In this document: positions 50,339-63,142 of the stretch, piece by piece
How positions within the stretch are numbered: the stretch's first letter is position 1
Layout of the letters: every line of letters starts with the position of its first letter
Source of the DNA: Octopus vulgaris
Lineage: Eukaryota
Direction: 5' to 3'
Assembly (NCBI GenBank): GCA_951406725.2
Contig: OX597818.1
Coordinates: 134,230,001-134,294,000 of the forward strand
DNA length: 64,000 bases
Position numbers and translations under genes: made by a program
The notes under the pieces: model-generated
What the model saw: only the letters and a program-made list of their open reading frames with translations
Databases searched by the model: none
What the model was told of the DNA's origin: nothing

Positions 50339-50410
50339 TTACAGGAAAATTAAAATTAGATTAGTTGAAATTAGATTATTGTGACTAATCTAATTTTAAT
50401 TTTCCTGTAA
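50339..50410. repeat. Perfect 27-bp inverted repeat with an 18-nt loop
   Basis: TTACAGGAAAATTAAAATTAGATTAGT / ACTAATCTAATTTTAATTTTCCTGTAA. Confidence 0.9.
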
Positions 50411-51764
50411 TAATCTCCTTGATATTTGTTATTCTAAGATTTCCTTTTCTTTCATATTCATACCAGCCCTACCCATGTATTTTCTTATCTCTTTCATTTC
50501 CTGGGTGATCACTGCTATTTCAACAGCTTTCTTAATGCATTATTTTCTACTAATCTGAACATTTGGCTGGTCTACACAAATTATAAAACACACTGAATCT
50601 CATAACATCACATAACAGCAAACATTTACTGCTTTAAACATGTTCACTAGCAATGTGACCGTAGCACTATATAGTAATTTTTTCAGTAGCACTGTACGGC
50701 CAAACTGTAAAATCTGGCAAAAGACCAACCCACTCGCATAGCAACCTGCTAACAGACTGTTCCCTTCTTTCTACTTTTGTTGATATTTCATAGACTTGGA
50801 GAAGCTATAAGAGTCTTGGCAATAAGCAATGTTGGTAACACCACACCTTGAACTTTCCTGCCAAACTACAGTTGTCAATGACAGTTAAACCCTTATTTTA
50901 ACATGACCTCAATATCAATACTCCTCTTGACATCATTTAGAAGTACTGCATAGACACAACCAAGGCTTTTTAATTGCCTGCTTCCTACTCATTGAAGTTT
51001 CTGACCATACGTTATTGACACACTGCAACTATTCTTTGATTTTCGTGTGTAATCAGCATTGTCAGAATAGCACATGAAAGATTTTATTTCATCCCAATAT
51101 GAAAGATTTTATTTCATCCCAATATGGTGTCAATGCCATCTTTAAAACCATACAATAGTGGCAGCCTTAGATGTCCTCCGATCGTCATTTTTTTTCAAAC
51201 AACTTCTTGCACCTGTTAGTATGTGCTATCACAAAGAGGACTGAGAAATGGTGATCGCATTTCAATGCCTACTTCCAGTGCTTGCCAGTTGATTGTGAAG
51301 TGCTTAGTGGTAAACTACATGCTTATTGACCCATGGTATTGCATTACAAGGGGCCAAAAGGCAAAAAAAATATGCATCTAATGCTTTGTGTATCAGCACT
51401 TGAGAAAACTAATGCACACATGTGTGCATCAGTAATTTTCAAGCTAAGCCCTTGTGATATTTGTTCTGCACTTAGTTACAGACACACTCTTGTGACTCTT
51501 ACTGTCAGGGATGCAATGAACCAGTGATTGATTTATTGGAAGTCTGTAACCAACATCGTTGTTCATTAATTGGGATATAAAATAAAGTAAAAACTAACTA
51601 CACCCTTCTACCTTGTGTTAATGTTGTGGCGGACACCCCCAGGTGAGAAGTGGGCTGGTCCACTACTAATAGATAGTGAACTGACACAGTTAGTAATGTC
51701 GATCAGTGAGGTACACTGTTCGGGCCAATCCCACAGGGACGACAAAATATGTCATCATAATGCG

Positions 51765-51896
51765 GGACATAACAGTGGCAATGAGGATTCATAGCGCACA
51801 CAGCCACAGGACATAATAGTGGCATTGAGGATTTGTAGCTCACACAGCCACAGGACATAATAGTGGCATTGAGGATTTGTAGCTCACACAGCCACT
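51765..51896. repeat. 44-bp tandem repeat x3
   Basis: GGACATAATAGTGGCATTGAGGATTTGTAGCTCACACAGCCACA starting at 51765, 51809 and 51853. Confidence 0.9.
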
Positions 51897-52997
51897 GATG
51901 TATAATAGCATGACATAACAGTGGTGACAAGGATACCTCCCACTGTATAACAGTGTCGTTATAACAGTGGTAAGAAGGTTACCAATGCTCATAGGAGTGG
52001 TGAAATGGAAGACCTACATTCAAGAACAATGAAAGAACGTTTGAAGGATTTGAACTCTAACACAGAATTGAACTTCACACAGTGAAAAGTAATATACACA
52101 CAGTGAAAAATATATAAAAACAGATTCCACAGAATTAAACTTCACACATAATATACACACAGTGAAAAATATATATATAAAAAAAGGATCCTGAAGAAAA
52201 AAAATGTCTGATAAAATGGGAACCCTACACAGAACTGAATACACATGGTGAAAACTGAATACAAATGGAGTGAAGAAACGAACTGTGGTTTACAAAACAC
52301 TGAAGGTATCAACAAGGAAAATCAAAGTGGCAACCATAGAAGATATAGAGAAGTGTTTAAAAGAGGTCAAAATGGTTACTACGTTTATAACAAGAGGAAG
52401 AAGATATGGCACAGTGGAGGTGTGATTCGCAAACAAAGGCGAAACGATAAAGCATTCCACTGATGCTATAAAGACAGAAGAGTGGGTGCTCCTACTAACA
52501 TACTGTGGCAAGCGAGTTGTCAGAGTAAGGGTGGGAAAAGTGCCACCAGAGTTGGATGAAACATGGTTGGTTGCTGCAGTAATGTACAATATGGAGGAGG
52601 ATGCAAAAATCCTGAGAGTAACAAGAACCAAAGGAGTCAACTGGTGGGGTTGCAGAATCGAGACAACTGTGAGTTACATGAATAAGATTCCAGAAGAAAT
52701 AATATTACCCGAAGATATGAGATTGAGAGTGGTGGTAGAGGGTAAGCCTCCCATATGTTACTTGTGGGGCATGAAGGTGAGATGCCCCCAGGGAGAAGAG
52801 AAAGAGCAACAAATGGAACAGTCTGAGAAGCAGGAGAGAGTGAACGATGTGGTACAGGAGGATGAGAAGGTGACAACAGGAATAGAGGAGGAATTTGAAG
52901 TGATTAAAAAAATAAAGAAGAAGGGCTCTCTGCTGGAGAGGCAGAAAAAAAAAAAAAGCAGATAAGGAGATTGAAGAAGAAGTTATAAAGAATGTAG

Positions 52998-53380
52998 TGG
53001 AGGCGCAATGGCCCAGTGGTTAGGGCAGCGGACTTGCGGTCATAGGATCGCGGTTTCAATTCCCAGACCGGGCGTTGTGAGTGTTTATTGAGCGAAAACA
53101 CCTAAAAGCTCCACGAGGCTCCGGCAGGGGATGGTGGTGATCCCTGCTGTACTCTTTCACCACAACTTTCTCTCACTCTTACTTCCTGTTTCTGTTGTAC
53201 CTGTATTTCAAGGGGCCAGCCTTGTCACTCTCTGTGTCACGCTGAATATCTCCGAGAACTACGTTAAGGGTACATGTGTCTGTGGAGTGCTCAGCCACTT
53301 ACACATTAATTTCACGAGCAGGCTGTTCCATTGATCAGATTAACCGGAACCCTTGTCGTCGTAACCGACGGAGTGCTTCC
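52998..53380 (+). mobile_element. SINE family A
   Basis: Full copy; TSD ATAAAGAATGT. Confidence 0.9.
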
Positions 53381-53642
53381 ATCCATAAAGAATGTTGAAA
53401 AAGAGATCGAGAAAGAGGTAGAAAAGGAGGTTGAGAAGGAGGTTATGGAGATGGAGGAGGAGGAGGAGGAGGAGGAGGAGGAGAAGACAGGAACAAGCAT
53501 ACTTGAAGAGTTTTTTAACCAATGAAGTAGAACAGCAATGAGAAGAAACAGCGGCGCTTACCGAAATGGAAGAAGTGGCCCCAAGAGTGGAACATGGTAA
53601 ACAAGCAAGAAGATGGAGAAAACATAGTTGGAATTTTGTGAC

Positions 53643-54058
53643 AGGCGCAGGAGTGGCTGTGTGGTAAGTAGCTTGCTAACCAACCACATGGTTCCGGGTT
53701 CAGTCCCACTGTGTGGCATCTTGGGCAAGTGTCTACTACTATAGCCCCGGGCCGACCAATGCCTTGTGAGTGGATTTGGTAGACGGAAACTGAAAGAAGC
53801 CTGTCGTATATATGTATATATATGTATGTGTGTGTTTGTGTGTCTGTGTTTGTGTGTCTGTGTTTGTCCCCCTAGCATTGCTTGACAACCGATGCTGATG
53901 TGTTTACGTCCCCGTCACTTAGCGGTTCGGCAAAAGAGACCGATAGAATAAGTACTGGGCTTACATAGAATAAGTCCCGGGTCGATTTGCTCGACTAAAG
54001 GTGGTGCTCCAGCATGGCTGCAGTCAAATGACTGAAACAAGTAAAAGAGTAAAAGAGA
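53643..54058 (+). mobile_element. SINE family C
   Basis: Full copy with GTAAAAGA tail. Confidence 0.9.
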
Positions 54059-54255
54059 ATCTAAAATCGTAAATACAGAAAAAATGGTAATGAAACTGAA
54101 ATCCGTTATAAGGGTTTAGTTGCCCAAGGAGATGTACAGGGATACTGTGAAAGGGATTTTAATCAACAAAGAAAAATATAGCAAGTTGAAGGAAAAGTGT
54201 AATGTTGAACCACCGGGATTCGTGGTGGAGTTTGATGAACTACCACCAGTAGTGG

Positions 54256-54638
54256 ATGGAAGCACTCCGTCGGTTACGACGACGAGGGTTCCGGTTGATC
54301 CGATCAACGGAACAGCCTGCTTGTGAAATTAACGTGTAAGTGGCTGAGCACTCCACAGACACGTGTACCCTTAACGTAGTTCTCGGGGATATTCAGCGTG
54401 ACACAGAGAGTGACAAGGCCGGCCCCTTGAAATACAGGTACGATAGAAACAGGAAGTAAGAGTGAGAGAAAGTTGTGGTGAAAGAGTACAGCAGGGATCA
54501 CCACCATCCCCTGCCGGAGCCTCGTGGAGCTTTAGGTGTTTTCGCTCAATAAACACTCACAACGCCCGATCTGGGAATCGAAACCGCGATCCTATGACCA
54601 CGAGTCCGCTGCCCTAACCACTGGGCCATTGCGCCTCC
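54256..54638 (-). mobile_element. SINE family A
   Basis: Full copy; TSD CCACCAGTAGT. Confidence 0.9.
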
Positions 54639-55031
54639 ACCCACCAGTAGTAGAACTAAGAGAAATAGAGCCATACATAAGGTATTAAAAAAAAGAGAGT
54701 AAATTGTGGTTTTTAAAATAAAGCAAAAAGAGAAAAAGAAAAAAGTAAACAAAACGATGCTAATAGTAAAAAAAACACCGAGAAAGAAAAAGATTATAAA
54801 CTGAAAGTAAGAATGTTCAAATGGTGCTGCATGTGAGTGGAGCGCATGCAGCCATTCCGACACCATCGATTTCATTGTACCTATTTCCATTTTTCATTCG
54901 TTTTATGGTTTTCGTCCCCACTGTGGAGTTCTGTCTGTCCTTGTGCTGCCCCTTCTGTGTCATGGCCTGGGTGACAAATAAAAAGAATTACAGTCGGCAA
55001 GGTATTCTGTTCGGGCCAGATCCACAGAGAT

Positions 55032-55452
55032 ACTCTTTTTACTCTTTTGCTCTTTTACTTGTTTCAGTCATTTGACTGTGGCCATGCTGGAGCACCGCCT
55101 TTAGTCGAGCAAATCGACCCCGGGACTTATTCTTTGTAAGCCCAGTACTTATTCTATCGGTCTATTTTTGCCGAACCGCTAAGTGACGGGGACGTAAACA
55201 CACCAGCATCAGTTGTCAAGCAATGCTAGGGAGACAAACACAGACACACAAACATATACACACGCGCTTATATATATATACATATATACGACAGGCTTCT
55301 TTCAGTTTCCGTCTACCAAATCCACTCACAAGGCATTGGTCAGCCCAGGGCTATAGCAGAAGACACTTGCCCAAGATTCCACGCAGTGGGACTGAACCCG
55401 AAACCATGTGGTTGGTTAGCAAGCTACTTACCACACAGCCACTCCTGCGCCT
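55032..55452 (-). mobile_element. SINE family C
   Basis: Full copy. Confidence 0.9.
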
Positions 55453-55949
55453 ACATGGTCACTTGTCCTACAGATTCTCTTTTCTCTCACACCAAACCTA
55501 CAATGTCATAGAAATAAATAATCACATCATTGAAACCTTGAAGCTATGAGTCAATGTATGATTAATTCAAAACTATATGAATAAATAAGCATTACATTTG
55601 ACAGGATAATCTGAACATTAAAGGATTAAGAGAATCTTAAGCAAGTGAGATCCATACAAAACATCTCCTTGGTTACAGGACAGTGTGAAGGCAATTTTAG
55701 AATTGCTTTTGTTTTTCTTTTCTCGTCAATTGTATGCTAAAATGTAAATGGCTGTTGTTCAGATTACTGATGCATTAATCCTATTTCTATTTTCTCTTTT
55801 TTAATGCCAGTTATTTTCATACAATACATTATTTGTGAATGATAGACTTCACAAGCAACCCTTAGTGACTGGGCCTTGGTTACCTTTAACAGGCTTCACT
55901 TTTGTTTCAAGTAAACATTTGGATCTAACCCATATTCTTTTTTTTTTAT

Positions 55950-56166
55950 TCTTTTATTCTTTTACTTGTTTCAGTCATTTCACTGCGGCCATGCTGGAGC
56001 ACTGCCTTTAGTCGAGCAAATCGACCCCGGGACTTATTCTTTGTAAGCCCAGTACTTATTCTATCGGTCTCTTTTGCCGAACTGCTAAGTTACGGGGACA
56101 TAAACACACCAGCATCGGTTGTCAAGCAATGCTAGGGGGACAAACACAGACACACAAAAACACACG

Positions 56167-56206
<40 letters not shown>

Positions 56207-56371
56207 TACGACAGACTTCTTTCAGTTTCCGGCTACCAAATCCACTCACAAGACATTGGTCGGTCCGGGGCTATAGCAGAAGACACTTGCCCAAGATGCC
56301 ACGCAGTGGGACTGAACCCGGAACCATGTGGTTGGTTAGCAAGCTACTTACCACACAGCCACTCCTGCGCC
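55950..56371 (-). mobile_element. SINE family C
   Basis: Full copy. Confidence 0.9.
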
Positions 56372-56484
56372 TTTTTTTTTGTTTTTTTTTCCTGCAGATG
56401 TTGAAACTAGGCAGCAATCTCATGCACACTGCCCATCTTCCTTGACTTATATATATATATATATAAAAAAATTAAAAAAATTAA

Positions 56485-56688
56485 CCCGGCCAAAACCGGC
56501 TCTGGCTCTGTGGTAAAATGTCTTGTTTCCATAAGTTTTGAATTAGAATATTCCACCAAGCCTTAGTCACTAGTTACGTTCCTAACACTAGTTTAATGAT
56601 AACTAAGTTATTTTACTAAATTCTTTTTATATTTAGAATAATTGAAAAAAACCCAGAGCATCTCAAAATAAATGCAGTAACAAAAGGG
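56485..56688. mobile_element. piggyBac-like MITE remnant
   Basis: TTAA|CCC...GGG|TTAA termini. Confidence 0.5.
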
Positions 56689-56907
56689 TTAATCTTAAAT
56701 GGTTTTCTATTCAACAATAGATGTAGTAATGTTTGAACTTAAACCCTTGCTTTCAGTGATTCTGTGTCTTAACCTCATTACCTCTATATATAATGTATAA
56801 CTGTATCTACAGTTAAATATTTCATTACTGCATCAATAATAGCAATACAGTTTATTACATGTAAAATCTGAAGTCAAAAATGTATTTCCATTTTCCATTT
56901 TTTACAG

Positions 56908-56949
56908 ATTCAACAAGTGGAAGTAACAGCTTTAAAATTATTCAAAATG
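56908..56949 (+). CDS. 42-nt micro-exon (phase 1-1; Y-STSGSNSFKIIQN-E) of the putative Ig-like protein
   Basis: Strong acceptor TTTCCATTTTTTACAG|56908 and donor 56949|GTAATT; completes the signal peptide in frame. Confidence 0.6.
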
Positions 56950-57043
56950 GTAATTGTATTATTAGGCTTTTTCTTATTTTAAATCAAGACACTGATCTTT
57001 TCAGTTCTGTCTTCTATTTTCTTTTTGTGTCTTTAGTCAGTGA

Positions 57044-57079
<36 letters not shown>

Positions 57080-57423
57080 TTAGCGACCGTTTTCCATGCT
57101 AGCATGGGTTGGACGGTTCGACCGGGGATCTGGGAAGCCAGAAGGCTGCACCAGGCCCAGTCTCATCTGGCAGAGTTTCTACGGCTGGATGCCCTTCCTA
57201 ACGCCAACCACTCCGCGAGTGTAGTGGGTGCTTTTTACGTGCTACCCGCACAGGTGCCAGACAGAGCTGGCAGACGGCCACGAACGGATGGTGCTTTATA
57301 TTTGTTTCTTATTTTTGTTTCTCTTTCTAATTGGCACAAAATGTAATAATGATAACTGGGATTAGGATAAGGGTTGTAAAAATGATTGTAGTTAGGATAT
57401 TGATTATAGTAGCACATTCCATG

Positions 57424-57946
57424 TTTTCAGGGAGTCCTTGTAGCGATTCTTCTGGCCTCCTTTTGTACGCTTGCCGTCTTTGAGTTGGGAGTAGAAGATC
57501 TGTTTGGGAAGTCGTTCGTCAGTCATTCTAACCACGTGGCTGCTCCATCTTAGTTGGCCTTTGATGACATAGGCTTTGATGCTGGTCATTTTTGCTTCTT
57601 GTAGCCAGAAGAGACGCTACAAGGACTCCCTGAAAACGAACCTCAAAAAGTGTGACATCGACTTCACTAACTGGGAGGAAACGGCAAAAAACAGACCACT
57701 CTGAAAAACCACCATCCATGAGGGAACGGCGACTTTCGAGTCGAAAAGGTCTGCAGAGCTGGAGGAGAAAAGACGACGACGGAAGGAGCGCCAACAACAA
57801 CCACATGCGACTCTCCCTTCTGGCACTAGATGTCCGCACTGCGACCGATCTTTTCAAGCAAGAATTGGCCTTATCGGTCACCTACGGACTCACCAGTAAA
57901 TTTGCGCGAAGACCATCATCCTCGACCTTGAGGGATTGCCATCATT
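57424..57946 (+). mobile_element. RTE LINE 3' end with 5' inversion (twin-priming type)
   Basis: Minus piece QLRWSSHVVRMTDERLPKQIFY...YKDSLKT and plus piece QKRRYKDSLKT...CPHCDRSFQARIGLIGHLRTH; TSD-like ACATTCCATG / ACATACCATG. Confidence 0.75.
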
Positions 57947-58018
57947 ACATACCATGACTTTGAAATGTTAAGCTGACAATAGTAAAGTGATTTCTAAGGA
58001 AGAAAACTGTTTACAATG

Positions 58019-58057
<39 letters not shown>

Positions 58058-58227
58058 ATGTTATACAGGCATGGCTGTGTGATAAATTCACTTTGCAAGC
58101 ATGCTGTTTTAGGTTCAATTCCACTCAGTAGCACCTCAGGCAAGTGTTTTCTATTATTAGCTCCTGGTCAACCAATGCCTTGTAAGTGAATTTGGTGCAT
58201 GGAAACTGTGTGTAAGTCTATTATGTA

Positions 58228-58388
<161 letters not shown>

Positions 58389-58414
58389 AAGTGAAAGAAA
58401 TGTATGGCGCATTT

Positions 58415-58832
58415 TTCTCTTTTTCTCTTTTTACTTGTTTCAGTCATTTGACTGCGGCCATGCTGGAGCACCGCCTTTAGTCGAGCAAATCGACCCCGGG
58501 ACTTATTCTTTGTAAGTTCCAGTACTTATTCTATCGGTCTCTTTTGCCGAACCGCTAAGTGACGGGGACGTAAACACACCAGCATCGGTTGTCAAGCAAT
58601 GCCAGGGGGACAAACACAGACACACAAACACACACACGCGTATATATATATATATATATACATATAAACGACAGGCTTCTTTCAGTTTCCGTCTACCAAA
58701 TCCACTCACAAGGCATTGGTCGGCCTGGGGCTATAGCAGAAGACACTTGCCCAAGATGCCACACAGTGGGACTGAACCTGGAACCATGTGGTTGGTTAGC
58801 AAGCTACTTACCACACAGCCACTCCTGCGCCT
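58415..58832 (-). mobile_element. SINE family C
   Basis: Full copy. Confidence 0.9.
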
Positions 58833-60285
58833 ACCGCATGTGTACTAACAGTAATGAGATGTGGGTCTTGAATGCAGAGGACATGCAAAGACTAGGGAGG
58901 AATAAAGTTAGTATGATCTGCTTGATGTGCAATGTGAGTGTACATACGCAACAGAGAACTAGTATATTGAGAGAATATGATTTACAAGTATCTTAGATTT
59001 TATTGTTCTTTTAAACTTTCAGCAGCAAATTAGACTTTTTTTTATGTCAAAAGTCTGTTTACATGTTGAAGTGATGACATTCTTCAACATACCACAATAT
59101 TTTTCAACTGATGTCGGATATTTGGTGGGAAATTTTTGTTCATTTCTACAATGGAATTCTAAGCTTTTCATCATGTTTATTGATGCTATTTTTTCATTTT
59201 TAAAAATTTAATTTCAATTTCAGTTTTACAGAGGATGAGACACTGATGAGTCAATCAATCCCTCAGTTGTTAGCACCATCAGCAACTTTTAATTTTTTTT
59301 CTTTTCTCTTTTTTTTTTTTAAGGAGCATATCTTCATGATTTCAAGACCAGACAATAATGTAGACGATCAAAGACTAGTTTTTAGAACTCAGATGTTGCT
59401 AGAAATCATGTAGGAATACTTGTGTTGAAAAAGAGTGTTAGTTATGACATGACTATGTTTGGCACATTTCATTAGAAGAAGGTTGTCATTGAAGTTGACA
59501 TTTCCAGCACTGTATTTTCTGATCATACCCTTCAAAAGATTCTATTCTCTCCTCTTTAAAAACCTCACTTCAAAATCGTCAAGATAATCTTGTCCTTCTT
59601 CAGAATGTTAGAAATGATGAAGTCAACTGTTTATGGAACAGTTCCTTCACATTGTCATTGGTATCAAAAGATGAAATGTATTGACTGATGACAGTTGCAT
59701 GCTAGTTTTCAAAAGATGAGGTTATAGATCATTAATTATTATCATTGAGGGAGAGTTCAGATATCACCTTGGGAACAAGGTTGACCTGAATAGAAAATCT
59801 CACTCCATATATTCATGATTCCTTAGGGGGACATTCTTTCTACAATGGTTCTTCTTTATGATATGTTGGAGTCATTCATTTCCATTAATGTCTGCTGTTT
59901 CAGGTTCTGAATTTAATGCTTATGTTTCAGCTTCAAGGTTGGTGAGTTATTCTAGATGTGGTAATCCAAAGTAGATACGCAAAATGGACTATGTTTAGGA
60001 CACCTTTTCTAGCCCCCTTCCAATGCAGGGCAAGGAGAATGGATCCTAAAAAAGTCTGCTAAAGGACTCTCCTGCTTTGATGCAAGAGTTCAGCAATTGA
60101 ATAAAACATCTACCATTCGTTTGTGGTTCTTAAACTAGAAGCTTACAGATTCACTGTCCTTCATCTGTCACTTGAAGTTGATTGCAACAAGATTTATAAA
60201 TACATGTTCAAGACTCTATTGGTGTTGGAAGATGCCTTTAATTGGTTTAATATGCGAGCAGTCTTTTATAGATCTTTAAAAAAGG

Positions 60286-60608
60286 AGCACTCCGTCGGTT
60301 ACGATGACGAGGGTCCCAGCTGATACGATCAACAGAACAGCCTGCTCGTGAAATTAACGTGCAAGTGGCTGAGCACTCCACAGACACGTGTACCCTTAAC
60401 GTAGTTCTCAGGGAGATTCAGGGTGACACACAGTGTGACAAGGCCGGCCCTTTGAAATACAGGTACAACTCATTTTTGCCAGCTGAGTGGACTGGAGCAA
60501 CATGAAATAAAGTGTCTTGCTCAAGGACACAACGCGCCACTTGGAATCGAACTCATGACCTTACAATCATGAGCCGAATGCCCTAACCACTAAGCCACGC
60601 GCCTTCAC
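60286..60608 (-). mobile_element. CORE-like tRNA SINE sharing the family-A 3' tail
   Basis: Head TGGCTTAGTGGTTAGG...GAGTTCGATTCC, then TGTGTCCTTGAGCAAGACACTT; tail as in family A. Confidence 0.8.
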
Positions 60609-61114
60609 GGATCTTTAATAGTCTCTAATGGTAAGATGATTCAAGATGATTAGAATATAAAAATCTACTGAAGCCTTCTTCTGCCTTCTGAGGCATTGTG
60701 GGAGTTAATTTCACATCTTCTTTGTTACCCACCATTGATGATTTGGAATGATGTACTACATTGAGTCTGGAACCTCACTTTACTGTCTCAATGTGACTCT
60801 GCTAGGATACCCTGAGAATCACAGGGACATCTCGACGGAGGTCAGATAAGGTCACATTAATTTATCTTATCGTTTTTTTCACATTAGTTACTGTCATTAT
60901 GTTCCATTACTTTATGCCTCATTGAATTATGTCTAATTAAGCTATGCCTCGTTAGTTTAAGCTGAAGCTCAATATGTTATGTGTCATTAAATATGTTTCT
61001 GTGGTTTGTCTAATTAGTGTTGCATCAGTTTAGGTTTCATTAATTCTTGTCTGATTGGGTTTTGTCATTAGATTAAGATTCATTAGTTTGTCTCTTTAAC
61101 TTAAATATTATTAC

Positions 61115-61670
61115 ATCATCGTCGTCATCGTCATCGTCCGTCCATCCATCTGTCCATCCGTTTTCCATGCTAGCATGAGTTGGACGGTTCGACCGGGGTC
61201 TGGGAAGCCAGGAGGCTGCACCAGGCTCCAGTCTGATCTGGCAGTGTTTCTACAGTTGGATGCCCTTCCTAACGCCAACTCCTCCATGAGTGTAATGGGT
61301 GCTTTTTACATGCCACTGGCACAGGGGCCAGGGGAGGCTGGCAAACGGCCACAATCGGTTGGTGCTTTTTATGTGTCACCGACACGGACACCAGTCAGGC
61401 CGCACTGGCATCAGCCACATTCGGACGGTGCTTTTTACATGTCACTGGCATGGGTAGCTTAACTACAATTTCCATTTGATTTTCATTTTCATGTTGGTGT
61501 TGATGTACTTGACTCAATAGGTCTCCTCAAGAACAGCGGGTCACTCTACGATCCAAGGTTAGCACAGCAGGTCGTCCTGCGAGCCATAAACTCACTTCGT
61601 TTCTCGGGTCTTCACAGTCACAGCATATCTCAGAGGTCTCAGTCATCGTCATTTCCTCTGTGAGGCCCTT
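61115..61670 (-). mobile_element. RTE-type 3' region (family D)
   Basis: Matches 7875-8130 and extends further 5'. Confidence 0.75.
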
Positions 61671-61940
61671 GGATTATATTTTATTAGGTTATTCTCTATT
61701 AAGTCATATCTCATTAAGTTAGGTCTAATTCAATTAAGTCTCCTTAGTTTTAGTTTAATTTCTTTATGACTTATTTTGTCATTTTACATTTTGTGTAGTT
61801 AGCCTTCTCTTTAGTTTTGATTGTCTATTTCAAATCTAATCAGGAACCTAATTACATTTTGACTTTTAATTTCCATAATAAAAATAATAAAGCTAATAAA
61901 AAAAAACTTAAAATCAACATAGTTGATTTATTTATTTCAG

Positions 61941-62189
61941 AAACAGCTTGGTTAGGAGAAAGCCTTGTTCTTCAGACAGAAGAAATTCCAAATCTGAAAA
62001 GACCTGCAGTTTGGAAATACAATAATTATAAATATGAATGTGATAGGACATGCGCCACTGGGGCTTATACAGTTACTCAGGATGGTAATATTTCAACTCT
62101 TACAATCAAAAACGTATCTTGGGAATTCTCAAAGTGGTCTTTTAGCGATGATGAGTTACGAGTTGCACACCTTAAACTTGACATAAAAG
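61941..62189 (+). CDS. Ig-like domain exon (249 nt, phase 1-1) of the putative secreted/surface protein; gene continues beyond the window
   Basis: Acceptor TTTATTTCAG|61941 and donor 62189|GTAAGG; AWLGESLVL, AVWKY and STLTIKNVS match Ig A'/B, C and E strand patterns. Confidence 0.75.
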
Positions 62190-62207
62190 GTAAGGAAATA
62201 TTTCTAT

Positions 62208-62400
62208 TCTTTTACTCTTTTACTTGTTTCAGTCATTGACTGTGGCCATGCTGGAGCACCGCCTTTAGCAGAGCAAATCGACCCCAGGACTTATTCTTTG
62301 TAAGTCTTGTACTCATTCTATCAGTCTCTTTTGCCGAACCACTAAATTACGGGGATGTAAACACACCAGCATTGGTTGTCAAGCAATGTTGGGGGGACAA

Positions 62401-62437
<37 letters not shown>

Positions 62438-62592
62438 CATATATAGGACAGGCTTCTTTCAGTTTCCATCTACCAAATCTACTCACAAGGCTTTTGTTGG
62501 CCCAAGTAGAAGACACTTGCCCAAGGTGCCACACTGTGGGACTGAACCCGGAACCATGTGGTTGGTAAGCAAGCTACTTACCACACAGCCAC
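62208..62592 (-). mobile_element. SINE family C
   Basis: Diverged copy starting ~20 nt after the exon donor. Confidence 0.85.
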
Positions 62593-62975
62593 GATGATAA
62601 TAATTATCAAACAAATGTTTTATAATGTTTATGAATTTGCTTTGCAAATTTTTTATAAAAGAGAGCTAATTATAATATTAAATCAAAATCAAAGATTTTG
62701 ACTTCACTATTTCAAAGTTCTTTTTTGTACAAGTGATTTCTTTTCCTTGTAATATCTCTTGTGGGATAGTTAACCAAATGGTCTAGTTAGTTTAACCGTT
62801 ATTTCATCCCTATAATAAATGCCATACAAACTATTGATATTTTCTGGTATTTTATTTTTAAAGGAAGAATTGGAATAAAAAAAATATCAAAAGCAAAAAG
62901 TGGAAGCACTGCTGCCTTTGTGTAACAAAATATAACATTGGATTCTGTCCCTTTAATAACACACACGCATAGGTA

Positions 62976-63011
<36 letters not shown>

Positions 63012-63142
63012 CAGGGTGTCCCAAAAAAATGTATACACACCTTAAATAATTGTAAATTTGTTATTCTTTGTAAGCCTAGTACTTATTCTATTGCTCTCTT
63101 TTGCCGAACAACTATGTGTATACATTTTTTTGGGACACCCTG
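63012..63142. mobile_element. Tc1/mariner MITE
   Basis: 28-bp TIRs CAGGGTGTCCCAAAAAAATGTATACACA, TA flanks; contains a short family-C SINE fragment. Confidence 0.8.

Larger units (their letters stand above)
52200..54255 (+). mobile_element. Degraded L1/Tx1-type ORF1 region interrupted by SINEs
   Basis: RVRVGKVPPELDETWLVAA...LRVVVEGKPPICYL followed by a Glu/Lys-rich tail; paralogous to 27181-28143. Confidence 0.55.

Noticed and set aside
51765-51896. CRISPR-like array (also considered for 13245-13440)
   Set aside because: Contiguous tandem units without unique spacers; eukaryotic context, no cas genes
52998-53070. tRNA-like sequences with A and B boxes
   Set aside because: They are SINE heads continuing into a shared body with TSDs; no clean cloverleaf
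59222-59260. Additional exon acceptor and a CTGATGAG motif
   Set aside because: Stop codons follow quickly in two frames, no clear donor, and no downstream GAAA or stems
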